Source: Selaginella moellendorffii (taxonomy: Eukaryota > Plantae > Lycopodiophyta). Taken from it: a DNA stretch of 64,000 nucleotides. Below, piece after piece: positions 22,495-35,958 of the stretch; within the stretch, counting starts at the first letter, position 1; the number at the start of each line of letters is the position of its first letter. Below the pieces are notes generated by a model that made no database searches, was not told the origin of the DNA, and saw nothing but the letters and a program-made list of their open reading frames with translations. The translations under genes were made by a program, and so were the position numbers. Location: NCBI RefSeq assembly GCF_000143415.4, contig NW_003314360.1:298435-362434 (forward strand), given 5' to 3'.

Positions 22495-25400
22495 CTATTG
22501 TTGCGGCCACTTTGGATAGACGCGCTTGTATAGATTCACGCATACCGCGTCTCTCTGCTGGACGACGCCATCGAACACGCATTTCATAGCTCCTGGAAGC
22601 ACGGAAGTATAAGAAGCGAGCGAGGTTTTCTCAATCTCCGAAACACTGACCTCTAGTTCCTACTGGTTCCATGATCCGGCCCCTTCTTCCATACTTTGTC
22701 CACAGCTCAAGAGGCTGCAAAAGCATTTTCATGTTAGAGGGAACTCGTAAGCAACACTCCATCACCTTAAACCATTTGACGTCTTCGGGATTGTGAAACA
22801 TGTAGCGAACGATTGCTTTTCTTTTCGAGACTCTAAGAGGGTATCTGTGGATTGATCAAGTCATGGAAAGGCCGTTAGAGAAATGCAGAACTGTGTCTGA
22901 GCTTACCCCGAAAGTATGATCTTCTTTAGAATGATCCTGTCCGGGTCTGCATTCTTCAGCAAACCTGATGCTACGTAGTGTAGATTTTGAGCGTCACGCT
23001 TGAAGACTACGAGCGGGCCGGGTGGGAACTGCACGGGCATAATGACCGACGCCACAGAGAATCGTCCTGCATGAAGAAAACGTTCGTACTTATGCTTGTT
23101 CATGTTGATATCGTCAGTGGAAAATATGGGCCTACATCAAATTCACATTCAAAAAAGTAACAATGTGAGTGTCTCTAGAAACTTTGAGAGAAGATTGGCT
23201 CACCTGGTGAAATAAGATCGAAAGCCTATGTGGAAAAGCAAATTCTCTTTCGATTTGATTGGTTCCGTGAAGCTATCGTTCTTCTTGATGCTGCCAGAGA
23301 CGTCAACAGGACGTGTCATGCATACGTAGAAAAAGAAAACAAACTCTTAACGTCTCACCTGAAATGCACGACGGTCATCTTGGATTCATGCTGGAATAAC
23401 CCACAGGCCACCAGAGGACACGTCCTATAGGATTCCAAAAGGCTCGCAGCGACGGAACTCGAGAAGTTCCTTATATGAAGTCTCACAAACGAGCCCGTAC
23501 ACGCTGAGAACGCCTCGTCGACGCAGCTAGCCTTCTTGGTAACATGCTTCATTGTTCTGTTAAAGTTGTCAAACGCAAATATTCTTGCGTAGTCCGCTGG
23601 CAGAGATTCCTGAGCAAACGCATTACTTTGAGAAATGACAAGGAAGGAGACGAAACCTTTGGATCCCAAGCTGAAGTTCGCATGGATTTTAATCCTCTAT
23701 ATCTGGCAAAACGCTCTCTAGCTGGTACATCCATGGGTGTATCCACCTCATCCGGAAATTCTGAAAATGCGCGGGCGCTAGAAAACGTAAAATAAAAATA
23801 AAAGAATCGTTCAGACCTTCATCGCTTCTAACAGCCTCTTTCAGACGCTGAATCTCTTCTTTACGCTGACTGATGCTCAAAGGTTCATCATCCTGCAAGC
23901 ACAACACAGCAATGTTTAAAAGACACCACAGATGCCGCTTCTTTTACCATCATTTCGCTTGTGTCTGCTTCAGTCCCCTCGTCCTCAAATGCGCCGCGTG
24001 ATGCATCATCTTGATACTCATCGTCACACTGCATCTCTTGTGTGTTTTCGGCATTTTCAATGTCACTTCCCTCTTCTTCATCAGACTCATCCATAATCCA
24101 GGATGCCTATATGAACAGAAAATCATTGCTGAATAAAATTCAACACCTCAAACCTGATAATCAGAAGTCCCCTTGGGCAGCTTTCTGCGTTTCCGGCCTT
24201 GGTCTCGGACATCAGATTTAGCCAGTTCTTCTTCGGTTGGCCATGTCTACACGCACGACATGTAAATTCATTCCCTCTTCTATAATATGGGGTTACCTGC
24301 TCGCCAGCAAGAGGATCAGGGATGTTCTCTATAACAAGAGCTTCCTGCTTGTTTGGATCTGGAAGTATTTCCTGCGGCCAAAAAATAAAATGTCAAAGTT
24401 CCCACCCGTGTTACGACGCGTTACCTTGTGTGCGTCTACTGCCATGCCGTCAAACTTTTTATTAGACAGAGGGCAAGGATCGTCAAGAATCTCCATCTTT
24501 TCCAACTGAAAATCCCCTATTCCTGATATGTGAATCTGCGACAATTTAATGAGAAAGCTCGGTCTACATCTTAAGCACCATCTATTTTAATTACCAGCTT
24601 ATTGACTGAAAGGCTTTGCTCCCGAACATAGCCTGAAAGACGCAGCGTTCCCACGCTAGGAGAGTGGGAATCAGCTTCAAAGGCAAGCTTCATGCAACAA
24701 GGCTATAAGCACAGCAACGACATTTCCGACGAGTGCTAACCTGCTCTGCCATTACGTATGGCCGCTGCGAACGCCATTGAAGGTGAGAAGGACGCTGCTC
24801 GGAAATATGCCTAAGCATCTGCACTCATTGTGCGTTAAGAGGAAACGAAAGAAGTATGTATAAACCTGTTGAGCTTCGTCGTTGCTACTGCCATCGAAGG
24901 TTTTTACGTGAGGAGGAAATTCAGCCTCGAGTCTATCGTGATAGAGCTTCCTAACATCTGAGCGTTTCTTAGAAGCCACATCTCCCAACCCCTGCCACAT
25001 TGTTTATCAATCGTAAGGAAAAGCTCCGAGCTATCGTACCAATGGAATGCCAATAGTATGTGGGAGACCTTGTGCCTTCAACATGGAAAGAACAGGCTTG
25101 CCACTCTTTTCAAAAACGTTTTCGTCATTCTCCGCTACGGAGAACACGAAAGCAACAATGTCTGCCACCTGCAAGCACAGGATCTTTGTTACAAACTGCG
25201 ATCATCGACCTACACAGAAGAAAAAATCACCTTGACAGCTTCTAGGCAGGTTTGGAGGTCCCCGTAAGGTGCCTCAAGCACCTACACGAAAAGTTTTGCA
25301 AGATACGATTGGAAAAAGTTTCAACAGCCTTACTTACAGTTAATCTGAATTTGAGTCTTGGTATACTGATGGAACCGAGACTTCCCTCACTTCGATTTTC

Positions 25401-25899
25401 AGTTTCCATGGCGTCAACAGCACCGGACTCATCGCCCAGGCATGCTGCAACAATTCTCTTCTTGAGTTCTCCAGTTTGTGCCCGAGAATCCAAAGGAACC
25501 AGAACCTGGGGCAGAATAGCAAGTCCTACGCAAGCACAAATATTAAAAGAACTCACGAGTACACGAGGAGCACTTTTATCTCCTTTAATTCCACGCCTCT
25601 CGGAGAGCAAAATCGCTCGTTTGCTGTCACGAATCTAAAACACAAGCTCCGTTAAATTCATTCCACGGGATTCAATCCTCTTACATTTTTGTTCCTCTGC
25701 AACCTGAGCTCCTTGGCACTCTGCTGGACTGCGGATTTCTTTGAATTCTTCTCCTCTGCAAGAGGAGTCACAAACTATATCACTCTAATCCGCGCGACTT
25801 ACTTGTAGTCCCTGCCAATTTGTGATCTCGACGAGAAGATTTGGAGGAGAAGCGCGTCTTGTGAGCCTTGTTCTTCTGCGCTCTCCCCGATCCAGCCAT
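22495..25899 (-). CDS. TSR1: Pre-rRNA processing protein TSR1 (BMS1/TSR1 family), multi-exon
   Basis: Start [17 protein letters not shown]. Motifs [85 protein letters not shown] and C-terminal [12 protein letters not shown]. Confidence 0.95.
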
Positions 25900-26041
25900 T
25901 GCCGTTATAACCCCAAAACCCTAGCTAGGGTAATGGACATTGGCCGTTTTTCCCATTTAAAAATTTTAGGGCTCTTGCTATAGCTATGGCGGACCGCAGG
26001 TATTTCTCTGGATTCCTAGCGTAGACCGGCGCGATCGGGCG
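25900..26041. promoter_or_regulatory. Very short bidirectional promoter between TSR1 and MTA containing a telo-box
   Basis: Only 142 bp separate the divergent start codons. AAACCCTA at 25916-25923 sits within the palindrome accctagctagggt. Confidence 0.7.
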
Positions 26042-28268
26042 ATGAACAGCGAGGCTAGCTTCATTCGCGAGGAGCGGCGTCTCCTCACCGAGCAGATCGA
26101 TAGGCAGCGACAGTCGAGGAAGGAACTCCTCAACAATCTCCGCAATGCCGATCCAGAAATCTCGGCCTCGCTGGATCTCGCAGCCGCCATGTCTGACTGC
26201 TCGCCTCGGTTTCTTCCACGGCCGCGCAGGGATCGCAAGCCAGAGCGAGCTCTGGATTCCCAGGCCGGGCAGCCAGACTCGGGTAGCGCATTGGAGCTTG
26301 TCAAGGGATTGATCGCCGGCTGTTTGGTTTCTCCAGGCACTGCCATTCCCATCGACTCGATTGGACTGGCGAGGAGAATGCCCACAGATTTTAGCGCGGC
26401 CGAGAGAGAGGCAGTGGATTTGATTGGGGGGCCTGGTGGTGTGATTGGCGCTGTTGAGGCAGGCTTGAGAGCTCTTGCTGATGGGATTGGAGCTCCAATG
26501 GAGGTCGAAGAGTGCGTTCTTGGTGGTAAGAAAAGGATCATGGTTCTCAGCGTGGACAAGGCTAGATTGGCAGGAGAAGCTCGTGGTCATTCGCAGCAGC
26601 CTTCTGGCGACAGTGGATCGCTCCACTCGGCATCCGCTCGGTCGACCACAAATGCCGAGAGCGGGCATTTGCACACGGTTTTTCCTCACGCGATGGGACT
26701 TCCCCCGAGGATGATGGCTGGAATGGGATTTGGAGGTATGCTTCCTTTCCAGCAAAGGCCTGGACAATTGCCCACGAAATCTGGCAGTGAGGATGTTATG
26801 AAGGATCTGGAGACTTTGCTCGCCAAGAAATCGTATCTCGAGTCACAAAAATCAAAGACTGGAGAAGAGCTCTTGGATCTTCTTCATCGGCCGACTGCGA
26901 AGGAGACTGCTGTGGCAGCAAAGGTTTGTTTCTCAACTCTTTTTTTTCCTTTTCTGTTTACTCTTATATGGTTGTCTGTTATCGCAGTTTAAAACAAAAG
27001 GTGGCTCGGCCTTGAAAGAGTACTGCCCATCACTGACGAAAGAAGATTGCCGTGGTCATCGAGGTTCTTATTTGCCATGCGAAAAGGTCGTTCGTTTCAT
27101 TGCTGCTACAAGCGAGTTTTAACCCCAAGCTCTCTGTATGTTCGCAGATGCATTTTCGCAGGATCATTTCTCTACACACGGATGTGAACTTGGGCGATTG
27201 CTCGTTCCTGGACACATGCAGACACATGAAGGTATGGATCTTCTTCCCGCAAGAGCTTTGAAAGAAAGTCAAATTCTCGCAGACATGCAAATACGTCCAC
27301 TACGAGCTTGATGCTACGCTAGATGTTCCTGGTGTCTCACGCTCGCTTTCGAAACCCAGAGCCGACTACTGCTCTGAGGTTGAGCTTGGCGAACCGCAGT
27401 GGGTCAACTGCGATATCCGTTCCTTCAAAATGGAAATACTCGGCCAGTTTGGAGTCATCATGGCTGATCCTCCTTGGGACATTCACATGGAGCTTCCATA
27501 CGGAACGATGTCTGATGATGAGATGCGGAACTTGAATGTTCCGGTCTTACAAACGGACGGGCTTCTTTTCCTCTGGGTAACAGGACGAGCAATGGAGCTT
27601 GGACGGGAATGGTAACAAATCTTTCCTCTTCGATTATAGTTTTTTTCTTGCTAAGAGCAGTTTCTTTTCTCATACAGCTTGGAACTATGGGGCTACAAAC
27701 GAGTCGAGGAACTTATCTGGGTGAAGACAAACCAATTGCAACGGATAATCCGGACCGGACGGACAGGCCACTGGCTCAACCATTCCAAAGAGCATTGCTT
27801 GGTTGGGATCAAGGGCAACCCGGAGGTAAACAGGAACATTGACACTGATGTCATCGTAGCCGAAGTCAGGGAGACAAGCCGAAAGCCGGACGAGGTTTCT
27901 TACATACTTTATACGTCTTTCTCGTCTTTTCTTCTCACCAGCATTCTTTTATCTTGTGTGTAGATGTATCCAATGCTGGAACGAATAAGTCCTCGAACGC
28001 GAAAGCTGGAGTTGTTTGCCAGAATGCACAACACACATGCAGGGTACAGTTCCCTCTCGTGTTTCTCTGTTTTTCTAGTCGAGCTATCTGTTGGATGTTT
28101 GATTCTTTCAGGTGGATATCTCTAGGCAACCAGCTGAACGGTGTTCGCCTGGTTGACGATAACCTGCGAAGGCGTTTCAAAGCAGCATATCCAGATGTTG
28201 AAGTCCACCCTCCTAATCTGTCTTTCGGCACTGAAACATCTTCGTCTCAAGCTCCTCTTTTGGTGTGA
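26042..28268 (+). CDS. MTA: mRNA N6-adenosine methyltransferase MT-A70 (METTL3 orthologue)
   Basis: Motifs [25 protein letters not shown] region ([33 protein letters not shown]), catalytic [42 protein letters not shown] and KLELFAR. GT-AG introns. An alternative upstream ATG lies at 25986. Confidence 0.96.
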
Positions 28269-28635
28269 CACACGTAAGTAATTCTCTGTTTATTTCAATC
28301 TCTCTGATGACTCCTGCATTTTTTTCCTCAGAATTGTATGCTATGGTGTCAAGCTTTCTTCGAGTGCTGGAGATATCACGCCGAAAGAAGGTGTGAGGCC
28401 GGTAAGCTAGTGTCAAGTTTGATTCTTGGACGTAAACTGGCCCTTGGCTATGCAGTTTATTGCGTGTTGCTGCAACACGAAAAGCTTTCTTGTGGAATAG
28501 TTCACCCAAGAGTTTTTCTATCTCTAATCAAAGATCGAGCAAATCCAGCATTCCAAATTCTTCCCTTGCGAGATTAGATGATCATTTGTACAATAACGTC
28601 CAATAACAAAACACTAACAATAACGAAATATCATT

Positions 28636-29058
28636 CTAAATGGACCATTCAAGCTGCAAAACTGAGGGTTCATCCTGTTCTTTGCCAACATGTCTACAAT
28701 CCACACCAAATTCCATAGCCAGCCCATCAACAAAGAAATAGATCTCCTCCCTGGGTACCTCCTTGAGCATAACCTTACTGCAAAAGTCATGGTTTCCGGT
28801 GAGAAAAACGAAGTCTTTTCTTTCTCTATCCCAGCACCCGCTGATCCACTGCTGGAATGACTCTTTCGCTTCCTGGCCTAAGGTATCAAACCAGAGCCGC
28901 ATGCTCCTCCACTCCAGAAAAACGTCCCAGATAAAAGGAGTACAAAGCTCGGGATCCTCCTCGTACCAGCACCAACTTTCATCATCGTCACTTCGCATAC
29001 TGTTTGGAGCAAAGAATTGCGCGCCGCCAACTATCATCCGCTGCTTCCAAGCTCCCAA
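28636..29058 (-). pseudogene. Trp-rich coding-like fragment of unknown family, no clear start
   Basis: 140-codon open frame with protein-like composition. Upstream frame is disrupted. Confidence 0.3.
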
Positions 29059-29329
29059 CCTTGGTTCGCTTTCTAAGGTTTGAGCGGCAAGCCTGTCGCA
29101 GATGTAGGTCCTGGGAGAGGAAGTGACTCATCAATTCAAAACATATCTGTGTATGTACCTTATTTCAGAGCTTGGACGATTGATCATACTCATCCAGTGA
29201 TCTTTGTGCCATTGCAAAAGCTCCAAGCTCAACATCGTACAAGAACGAAAGCCCTAAAACCAAAGCTCTATTTATGGAGCCCTAAAACGTAGGGCTCTGA
29301 GGTTTAAGCTGAGTTGCTTGATCTGGCAT

Positions 29330-30520
29330 CTCACTCGAGAAAGAAGAGAGAGGCGAGCTTCCTCGATGGTTTCCATCCATGGAGGAAGCTGCAACTCCAG
29401 CAGCCAAAGGACTTCAAGCGACGAGCGATTGCTCTAGGGGATTTGCTGCTGCTCCAAGGCAACTTTGACGAGGCTGAGGCGAGCTTCCAGAGGGCGATAT
29501 CTTCCGCGGCTACTGCTGGCGATCGAGACGAGGAGAATCGCGTCACAGCTCAGGTGAAGCTTGGGATGCTGCTCGAGAACTTGGGTCGGCTGGACGAGGC
29601 GGAGTTCCAGCTTAAGCAAGCGTCCTGCACTGGCTCCACTACTCACTATGGGGTTTTCAAGTTCCTCCAGCTCTTCCTCTTCGACCATGGCACTGCCACA
29701 GATCTCTCTGCAAGCGTCGACGGTTGCTGTGGTGGAGCGCCGCCTTACACTGTACGAGTCTCGGACGATTTAAGCTGTGCACGGTTTGGACGGCTCAGGC
29801 TGGGCCTTGTCAAGTCAGCCTGAGCCGGCTCAGGCAATTGCAGAGCTCAAGCTCAAGCTGGCCAACCGCCCACACATCACACACGACGCATCTTTGCATC
29901 TCCGACGAGTTGGGGAAGTCCGGGAAAGTTGGTGTCGCTGTTGAGTCTTTGGAGAAACTTGGACAGAAGAAGGCGATTGACGGCTCGTGGATTTGGCTAG
30001 AAAATCCAAAGAGTATCCTGTTAGCAGCGCCTTGTGTACAAGACACCACTTTGGGATCTCTAGCTTGGAGGGGGCATAGATTTGCGAGAACCAGACAGCA
30101 AAGTGAAGTATAAACACGGACAAGGTACAGGCTTCACTTTTACAGGCTGAAAGTTCTTGTCCTGCTTACAGCTTCCAAGTTTATACTCGCCAAGCGGTCA
30201 TACCTTGAGCCTCAAACTTGCATCTTCTTCGTCAGCGGTTTGGTTTCTAGAATGTTTCTGTCATTTCCCTCGTCACATTGCCTGTTGTAATTTTAAATTG
30301 GTCACACACAGGAAGAGTTCTTTAATCAGATGCAGGATCATTGCTCACACGGAAGGTATGGATCTTCTTCTCGAAAGGGCTCTAAAAGATTTTTATTCTT
30401 GCAGAAATGTGCTCCACAATAGATGGGTGTTATACGTGGAGCCGAAGCGCACTAGAGACAAGGCCTAAGCTCGCCTCAAGTTTTCGTAACCGACTGGAAA
30501 AGAATTTCAATTGCAAGGTA
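29330..30520 (+). pseudogene. TPR-containing gene family, copy 1 (deleted/frameshifted)
   Basis: ALGDLLLLQGNFDEAEASFQRAI and LGMLLENLGRLDEAEFQLKQA TPR units. Near-identical to 31600-32400 with deletions. Confidence 0.8.
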
Positions 30521-31218
30521 TGATTCAGTTTCATTTATACAGTGTCTCATTTTAATACGATATCATCCTGAAGTGTTACCTAGTCTCTTGGTGCTGTATT
30601 GGGGTCGCGACTGTATTCGGACCGGAGAAAATCCAGCGTTGCTCCGAGTGTTGACGATGTTGAGCTCTGCAATGGCACAAAAACGCTGGGTGGGAATGAT
30701 CAATTGTCCAAGCTAGAGTACATTTTATATTGGATGGACACTAAAGATCCCCTTATACTTTACAAAATCGATTAGTTAATTTCGCTCCAAACTCATAGTC
30801 TAGAAAACGCTGGTGACGAGTAGTATAGTCCAGAACACGTTGGGACGAGTGGAAAAACGCTGGGACGAGAGGTATAGAGGATCGGTGTCGCTCCACCATA
30901 CATGACGGCCTGTGCGTGCTCATCGACGAATTGGCAGATTCATTCTTTATGTCGAGCAAGAACTGAAAGCTGTGTCGTATTTGCCCCGCTGAAGATTCTC
31001 GACGAGATTGCGCAGTACCTATTGCTCCAAGAAACACTCTTTAGCCTCGATCAAACCTATGAGAGCAGACCTCCGCTTGATAGAACCTCGCAAGTCGTGA
31101 AACTTGCGGGCAGTGGATTCCGACACATCGCCGCCAAGAGCCTCGTAAATCGCTCTGACCCACATGCTCGCGACCAAGCAGCGAGGGCGTCGAGGTAGGG
31201 AAGCTCTTGCGCCGCGAC

Positions 31219-32700
31219 ATGGAAATCGATCCAAGAGAGGAAACCCGGAAGCTTTCGAGGAGGCGAAACGAGGACGAAGAAGAGTATAAAAAGCTTGCCA
31301 ATAAAGTTAGGGTTCAAGCTAGGGCTCTGAAATGGCGAGCGCTCTGGACCGTGGCACTCGTCCGTGGCTGCCCGTTCTGCATCAAGCTCAAGGTGTCACC
31401 GATTCGCGTAAGTTCCTTCTCCCATACAAGAGGATCAGGCAGCAGCAGCGAAGTATCTCACTCGAGAAAGAAGAACTGAAAGAAGAGAGAGGCGAGCTTT
31501 TGGCTCTGGCGCTGGCGCGCTCCCCTCGGTGGTTTCCAGTCTTCGACGAGATGGTTCCGTCCATGGAGGAGCTTACGCATGCCCAGGAGAGGCTGCAACT
31601 CCAGCAGCCAAAGGACTTCTCGCGACGAGCGATTGCTCTAGGGGATTTGCTGCTGCTCCAAGGCAGCTTTGACGAGGCTGAGGCGAGCTTCCAGAGGGCG
31701 ATATCTTCCGCGGCTACTGCTGGCGATCGAGACGAGGAGAATCGCGTCACAGCTCAGGTGAAGCTTGGGATGCTGCTCGAGAACTTGGGTCGGCTGGACG
31801 AGGCGGAGTTCCAGCTTAAGCAAGCGTCTTCTACTGGCGCCACTATCACTGGTGTTACTCACTATGGGGCTCTCAAGTTCCTCCAGCTCTTTCTCTTCGA
31901 CCATGGCACTGCCTCAGCGTACCGTGATCTCTCTGCAAGCATCGATGGTTGCTGGGAGTTTCGAAAGTGGTGGAGCGCTGCGTCGACTGGCCATCCACTC
32001 TACGAGTCTCCCTATGGATTTGTCGACGACTTGAGCTTTGCATGGTTTGGACGGCTCAGGCTAGGCCTCGTGCACAAGCTCGTCACCAAGAAGCTCAAGC
32101 TGGCCAACCAGAACTTGTTCGTAGCTCACACATCACACAGGACGCATTCGCTGCTGGCTGTGCATCTCCGACGAGTTGGGGAAGTCCGGGATCATTGGTT
32201 TAAGTTGGTGTCGCTGGATGGAGTTCCTGTGGAGTCTCCGGAGAAGCACAGCAAGTATTGGACTGAAGAAGACGATAGACGGCTCTTAGAACGCGTCGCT
32301 TTCCAAGATCCAAAGAGTGTCCTGTCGCACCGCCTTGTGTGCAAAACACCACTTTGGGAGCTCTAGCTTGGACGGAGCAAGACCCAGACAGCAAAGTGAA
32401 GCCTTGCTGACAAGGTACGCAAATACGGAAGGAACTGCTCGGGGATAAAAGAACACTGCAGCACAGGAAGAGGTTTCTTATATCAGACGCAGGCCTTGAT
32501 ACATGCAGAAACGTATGGACATTCTTCCCGCAAGAGCTCTAAAAGGAGCCATGATCAATCAAAGCCTGAAGGTGGTTCCAGGTTTCTGATCCATCCATGG
32601 AGGAGCTTCAGTACGCCCACCTCCAGTGAAAGAAACAGCCTGCTCCAAAGATCTGGGAGGACACAACAGCACAATGAAGCCTCAATCTATTGACAAGGTA
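31219..32700 (+). pseudogene. TPR-containing gene family, copy 2 (longest; 344-aa ORF at 31332-32366)
   Basis: Coiled-coil N-terminus and two TPR motifs. The upstream ATG at 31219 is out of frame with the 31332 ORF, and homology to the other copies continues past the stop, suggesting frameshifts. Confidence 0.65.
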
Positions 32701-34574
32701 TGCGAGTGTACATGCGGCTTTGCTTGAAAAGGCTTTCAACATTCAACTACTGAATTTCCCAGCTGGAACTTCTCAGATCTTGTTATGGTGTCATTCAAGC
32801 AGCTCTTCTACAGCCTGAATAGCTTCGTCCAGGGAAGGGCTATGATGCATTTGGATAAGTGGAAGTCAAAGGCTCAAGCATTTGCATTTTGTGCCAAATA
32901 GTTTAATAGTTTAGTTGAATAGTTAAATAAAGCTCATCAACCAAATATTTTAACAGTCTTCTAACTTTACATTTAAATTTTAATTGTATTTGAATTAATT
33001 TTCTTACAACTAATTGTCAAAGAATATACCTAAATATCCAAAAATATTTAAGTATATTCTAGCATCCTTTTCAATTGTAAATCAAGAGTTTTGGACAGTT
33101 ACAAGTGGTTAGAATTGAGTCATCCTAAATTGATGAAGAAAATTGGTGACAATTGAGTGATATCTTAAGATGACAATAAAATACAATCTATCTTCCTTTA
33201 CATTTGTTTTACACTCAAATTTGTGTTTTCAAGAATATTAAGAATAAAACCAGAGTTAGAATTAATCTTTATTTAGGGTTTACAGATTATACATTAAAGT
33301 ACAAAATTAAAAGTATATAATTCTCAATTTTACCCTTTGATGGCCAATTACAATAGCTTCAACCATAATTATAGCTTGATTTCAGGGAATGCTGAGGTGG
33401 TTAAAGAAAAATATTAATTGACATGGACTTGTATTTAGATAAATCATAAACCTTGTATTTACAAGGAAAAAATATAACAAACCGAGTGTTTCTTTTCTTA
33501 CTTCAATTTTATGAATCTTATATTAAATTTAATTATATTTATATTCTTACCTTACTACTATAATAATTATGATTATATTTAGAAAACACATCCTCATGAT
33601 TTAATTTTATATGAGTAAAACATTCAAAATTTTCATGTTATATAAAAAGGATTAGGAATTAAATCTACAAAATTATCTTAACAAAACTTTAATTAAACAA
33701 TTTGAACAAAATAAAATATTTACATCTAACTATAAACCCTATCTCAAGGATATTTTTTACCTCATTAGTCTCCATGAGTGCAATAGTTCATGAACAAGAA
33801 GAAATGCTATATTACTATAAAGCACCCTTGGCAATTCTTCAAGTTAGAAACAAGGAAAATTACAAATTTATTGTTGTCCCTCTAAAAGACTGCTAGAATT
33901 TCAAACCGGTGTCGAAAGAAATACATACATACATTCTTCAAGTCTCAACTCTTGCAAATTACATCACCAAAATGGAAGTTTGTGCACAAATAAACATCGT
34001 TGCAAGCTCTCTATCACACGGGAAACAAATCAGGAAAAGCTTTTAGCAAACAAGATGCAAAGTACTAACACAACAATTCATTTTTAATCGCATATAAACA
34101 TGAAATATATCTAAATAGATAGATAAACTTGGTAATCTTCCTTATTTCTAACTCGGAGAATAGCCTTGTCATTGCATTCAAACTCCTCTAACAATAGCCT
34201 TACTTTCCTTCTGTATTTAAAAGGACTATATTATATTTTGTCGGCGAGCTCCCCAACGGTCTAGCGTGAGCTCCCCAATAATTAATAGCTCATGACTTCC
34301 ATATGGTCTTTCACAACCAATCCTCGACCTCGATAGTAATTATTATGCTTGCAAACTCTCAATCTTTGTCCCCACACAGCTAGGAAAGGGAGGGGCCAGA
34401 GTTTTCACCTTGATCCAGAACGCTCCTGTCAAACTGGTGTTTAGGAAACGGAAGAAAGAACAAGAAGCTCACCATGTGTGTTGTCCTGCTTCGTGGATCA
34501 AGTAAGATATTACTCAAATGCTTACTTATTTCCACATGTCTTGCGAGAGTGGCAAGAGGAGGGAAGTTTATAAA

Positions 34575-35500
34575 CGGTTTTGGACGGCTTAGGCTGGGTC
34601 TTGTCCACAAGCTCGTCACCAAGAAGATCAAGCTGGCCAACCAGAACTTGTTCGTAGCTCACACATCAGACACGACGCATTCGCTCCTGGCTTTGCATCT
34701 CCAACGAGTTGGGGAAGTCCGGGATCATTTATTTAAGTTGCTGTTGGTGGATGGAGTTCGTGGAGAAGCACAGCAAGTCTTGGACTGAAGAAGACGATAG
34801 ACGGCTCTTAGAACGCTTTGCTCCAAAGAGTATCATGTTGTGTGCGTTGGAAGCTCTATACATTTGCGAGAAGCAGCAAAGTGAAGCCTGGTATGACACC
34901 GACAAGGTAAAGGCTGCTTTGTTAAAAGAATTTATGCTGGATCCCTCCCAATCTTCCTCAGAAACTTAAAAATGGTGAAGAGCTCTGGACCAGCCGATAG
35001 GGGAAGGAGATATCAGCAAAGGTTTGGTTTCTACAAAGTTTCCTTGTTTCTGTTTTGATTTTGCTTCTCGTTGTTTTGTAGTTTAAAACTGCTCGGGGTT
35101 AAAGAACACTGCCCGTCTCTCACAGGAAGAGGCACGATTTTCTCTTATATCCAGGATCACTGGTCGACTGCTCATATACTGCTCATATGTAGACACACGG
35201 AAGGTACGGATCTTCTTCCCGCAAGAGCTCTAGAAGGAGTTTTATTCTCGTAGACATGTCTCCGCCACGCCGCAGGTGTTGAGCTCGACTAAGCGCAGTA
35301 GAGACAGGTTTCTTTCATTCTTTAGATCTTTCCTTATCCCCAATTTTCTTCTATTTTGTGTATCCAATGCTTATTCGCACAGAAGACAAGGTACAAACTC
35401 CTCAAATGAGTCTGATTGATGTCAGATCGCCACATCGTTATGCATCGGATCAAACAGCCGAGGCACCGATAAGCTCGCCTCAAGTTTTGGTACTGGCCAG
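34575..35500 (+). pseudogene. TPR gene family, copy 3 (3' part only)
   Basis: FGRLRLGLVHKLVTKKIKLANQNLFVAHTS...WTEEDDRRLLER matches 32045-32300. 35195-35300 and 35470-35490 match 30345-30490. Confidence 0.8.
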
Positions 35501-35958
35501 TTTAATGTTAGCAGATCAATCAAAGCTCACTACGCCCAGGAGAAGCTCTATCTCCATCCAAATAAAGGACTTGCTGCTCCAAGAAGACGACAGCCTTGTA
35601 ACAACAGCCTTGTATGAGCCCTAGAAGAGACTCCCAGATCTTTCGGGAACTTGGAACCGATCTTTTGCTTGATCATCGTCGACCGGTTGAAACAGAGAAA
35701 TGCTCTTGCTGGGTCACTTCTCAGAAATCAATTCTCGTTCTTCTCCTTCCTCTTCCAACTGCAGGAGCTCCGAAACTTGTGCTGGATTTGGACGTCCGCT
35801 ACAGCGAAAGTGGTGAATAAAGCTCGACTCTAGAGAGATTCTAATTTTTAAAAGCACGCACGAATTTTTCCATTAGAGCCCTAAGTCTGCATTTTCTCAG
35901 CTAGCGAGATGTGGAGGTTGCTCGGTCTTGGAGCTGCGCTTTTCCTGCTAGGGAATCC

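Noticed and set aside
32900-34350. AT-rich block between TPR copies
   Set aside because: Probably a decayed insertion, but I found no termini, TSD or protein motif.
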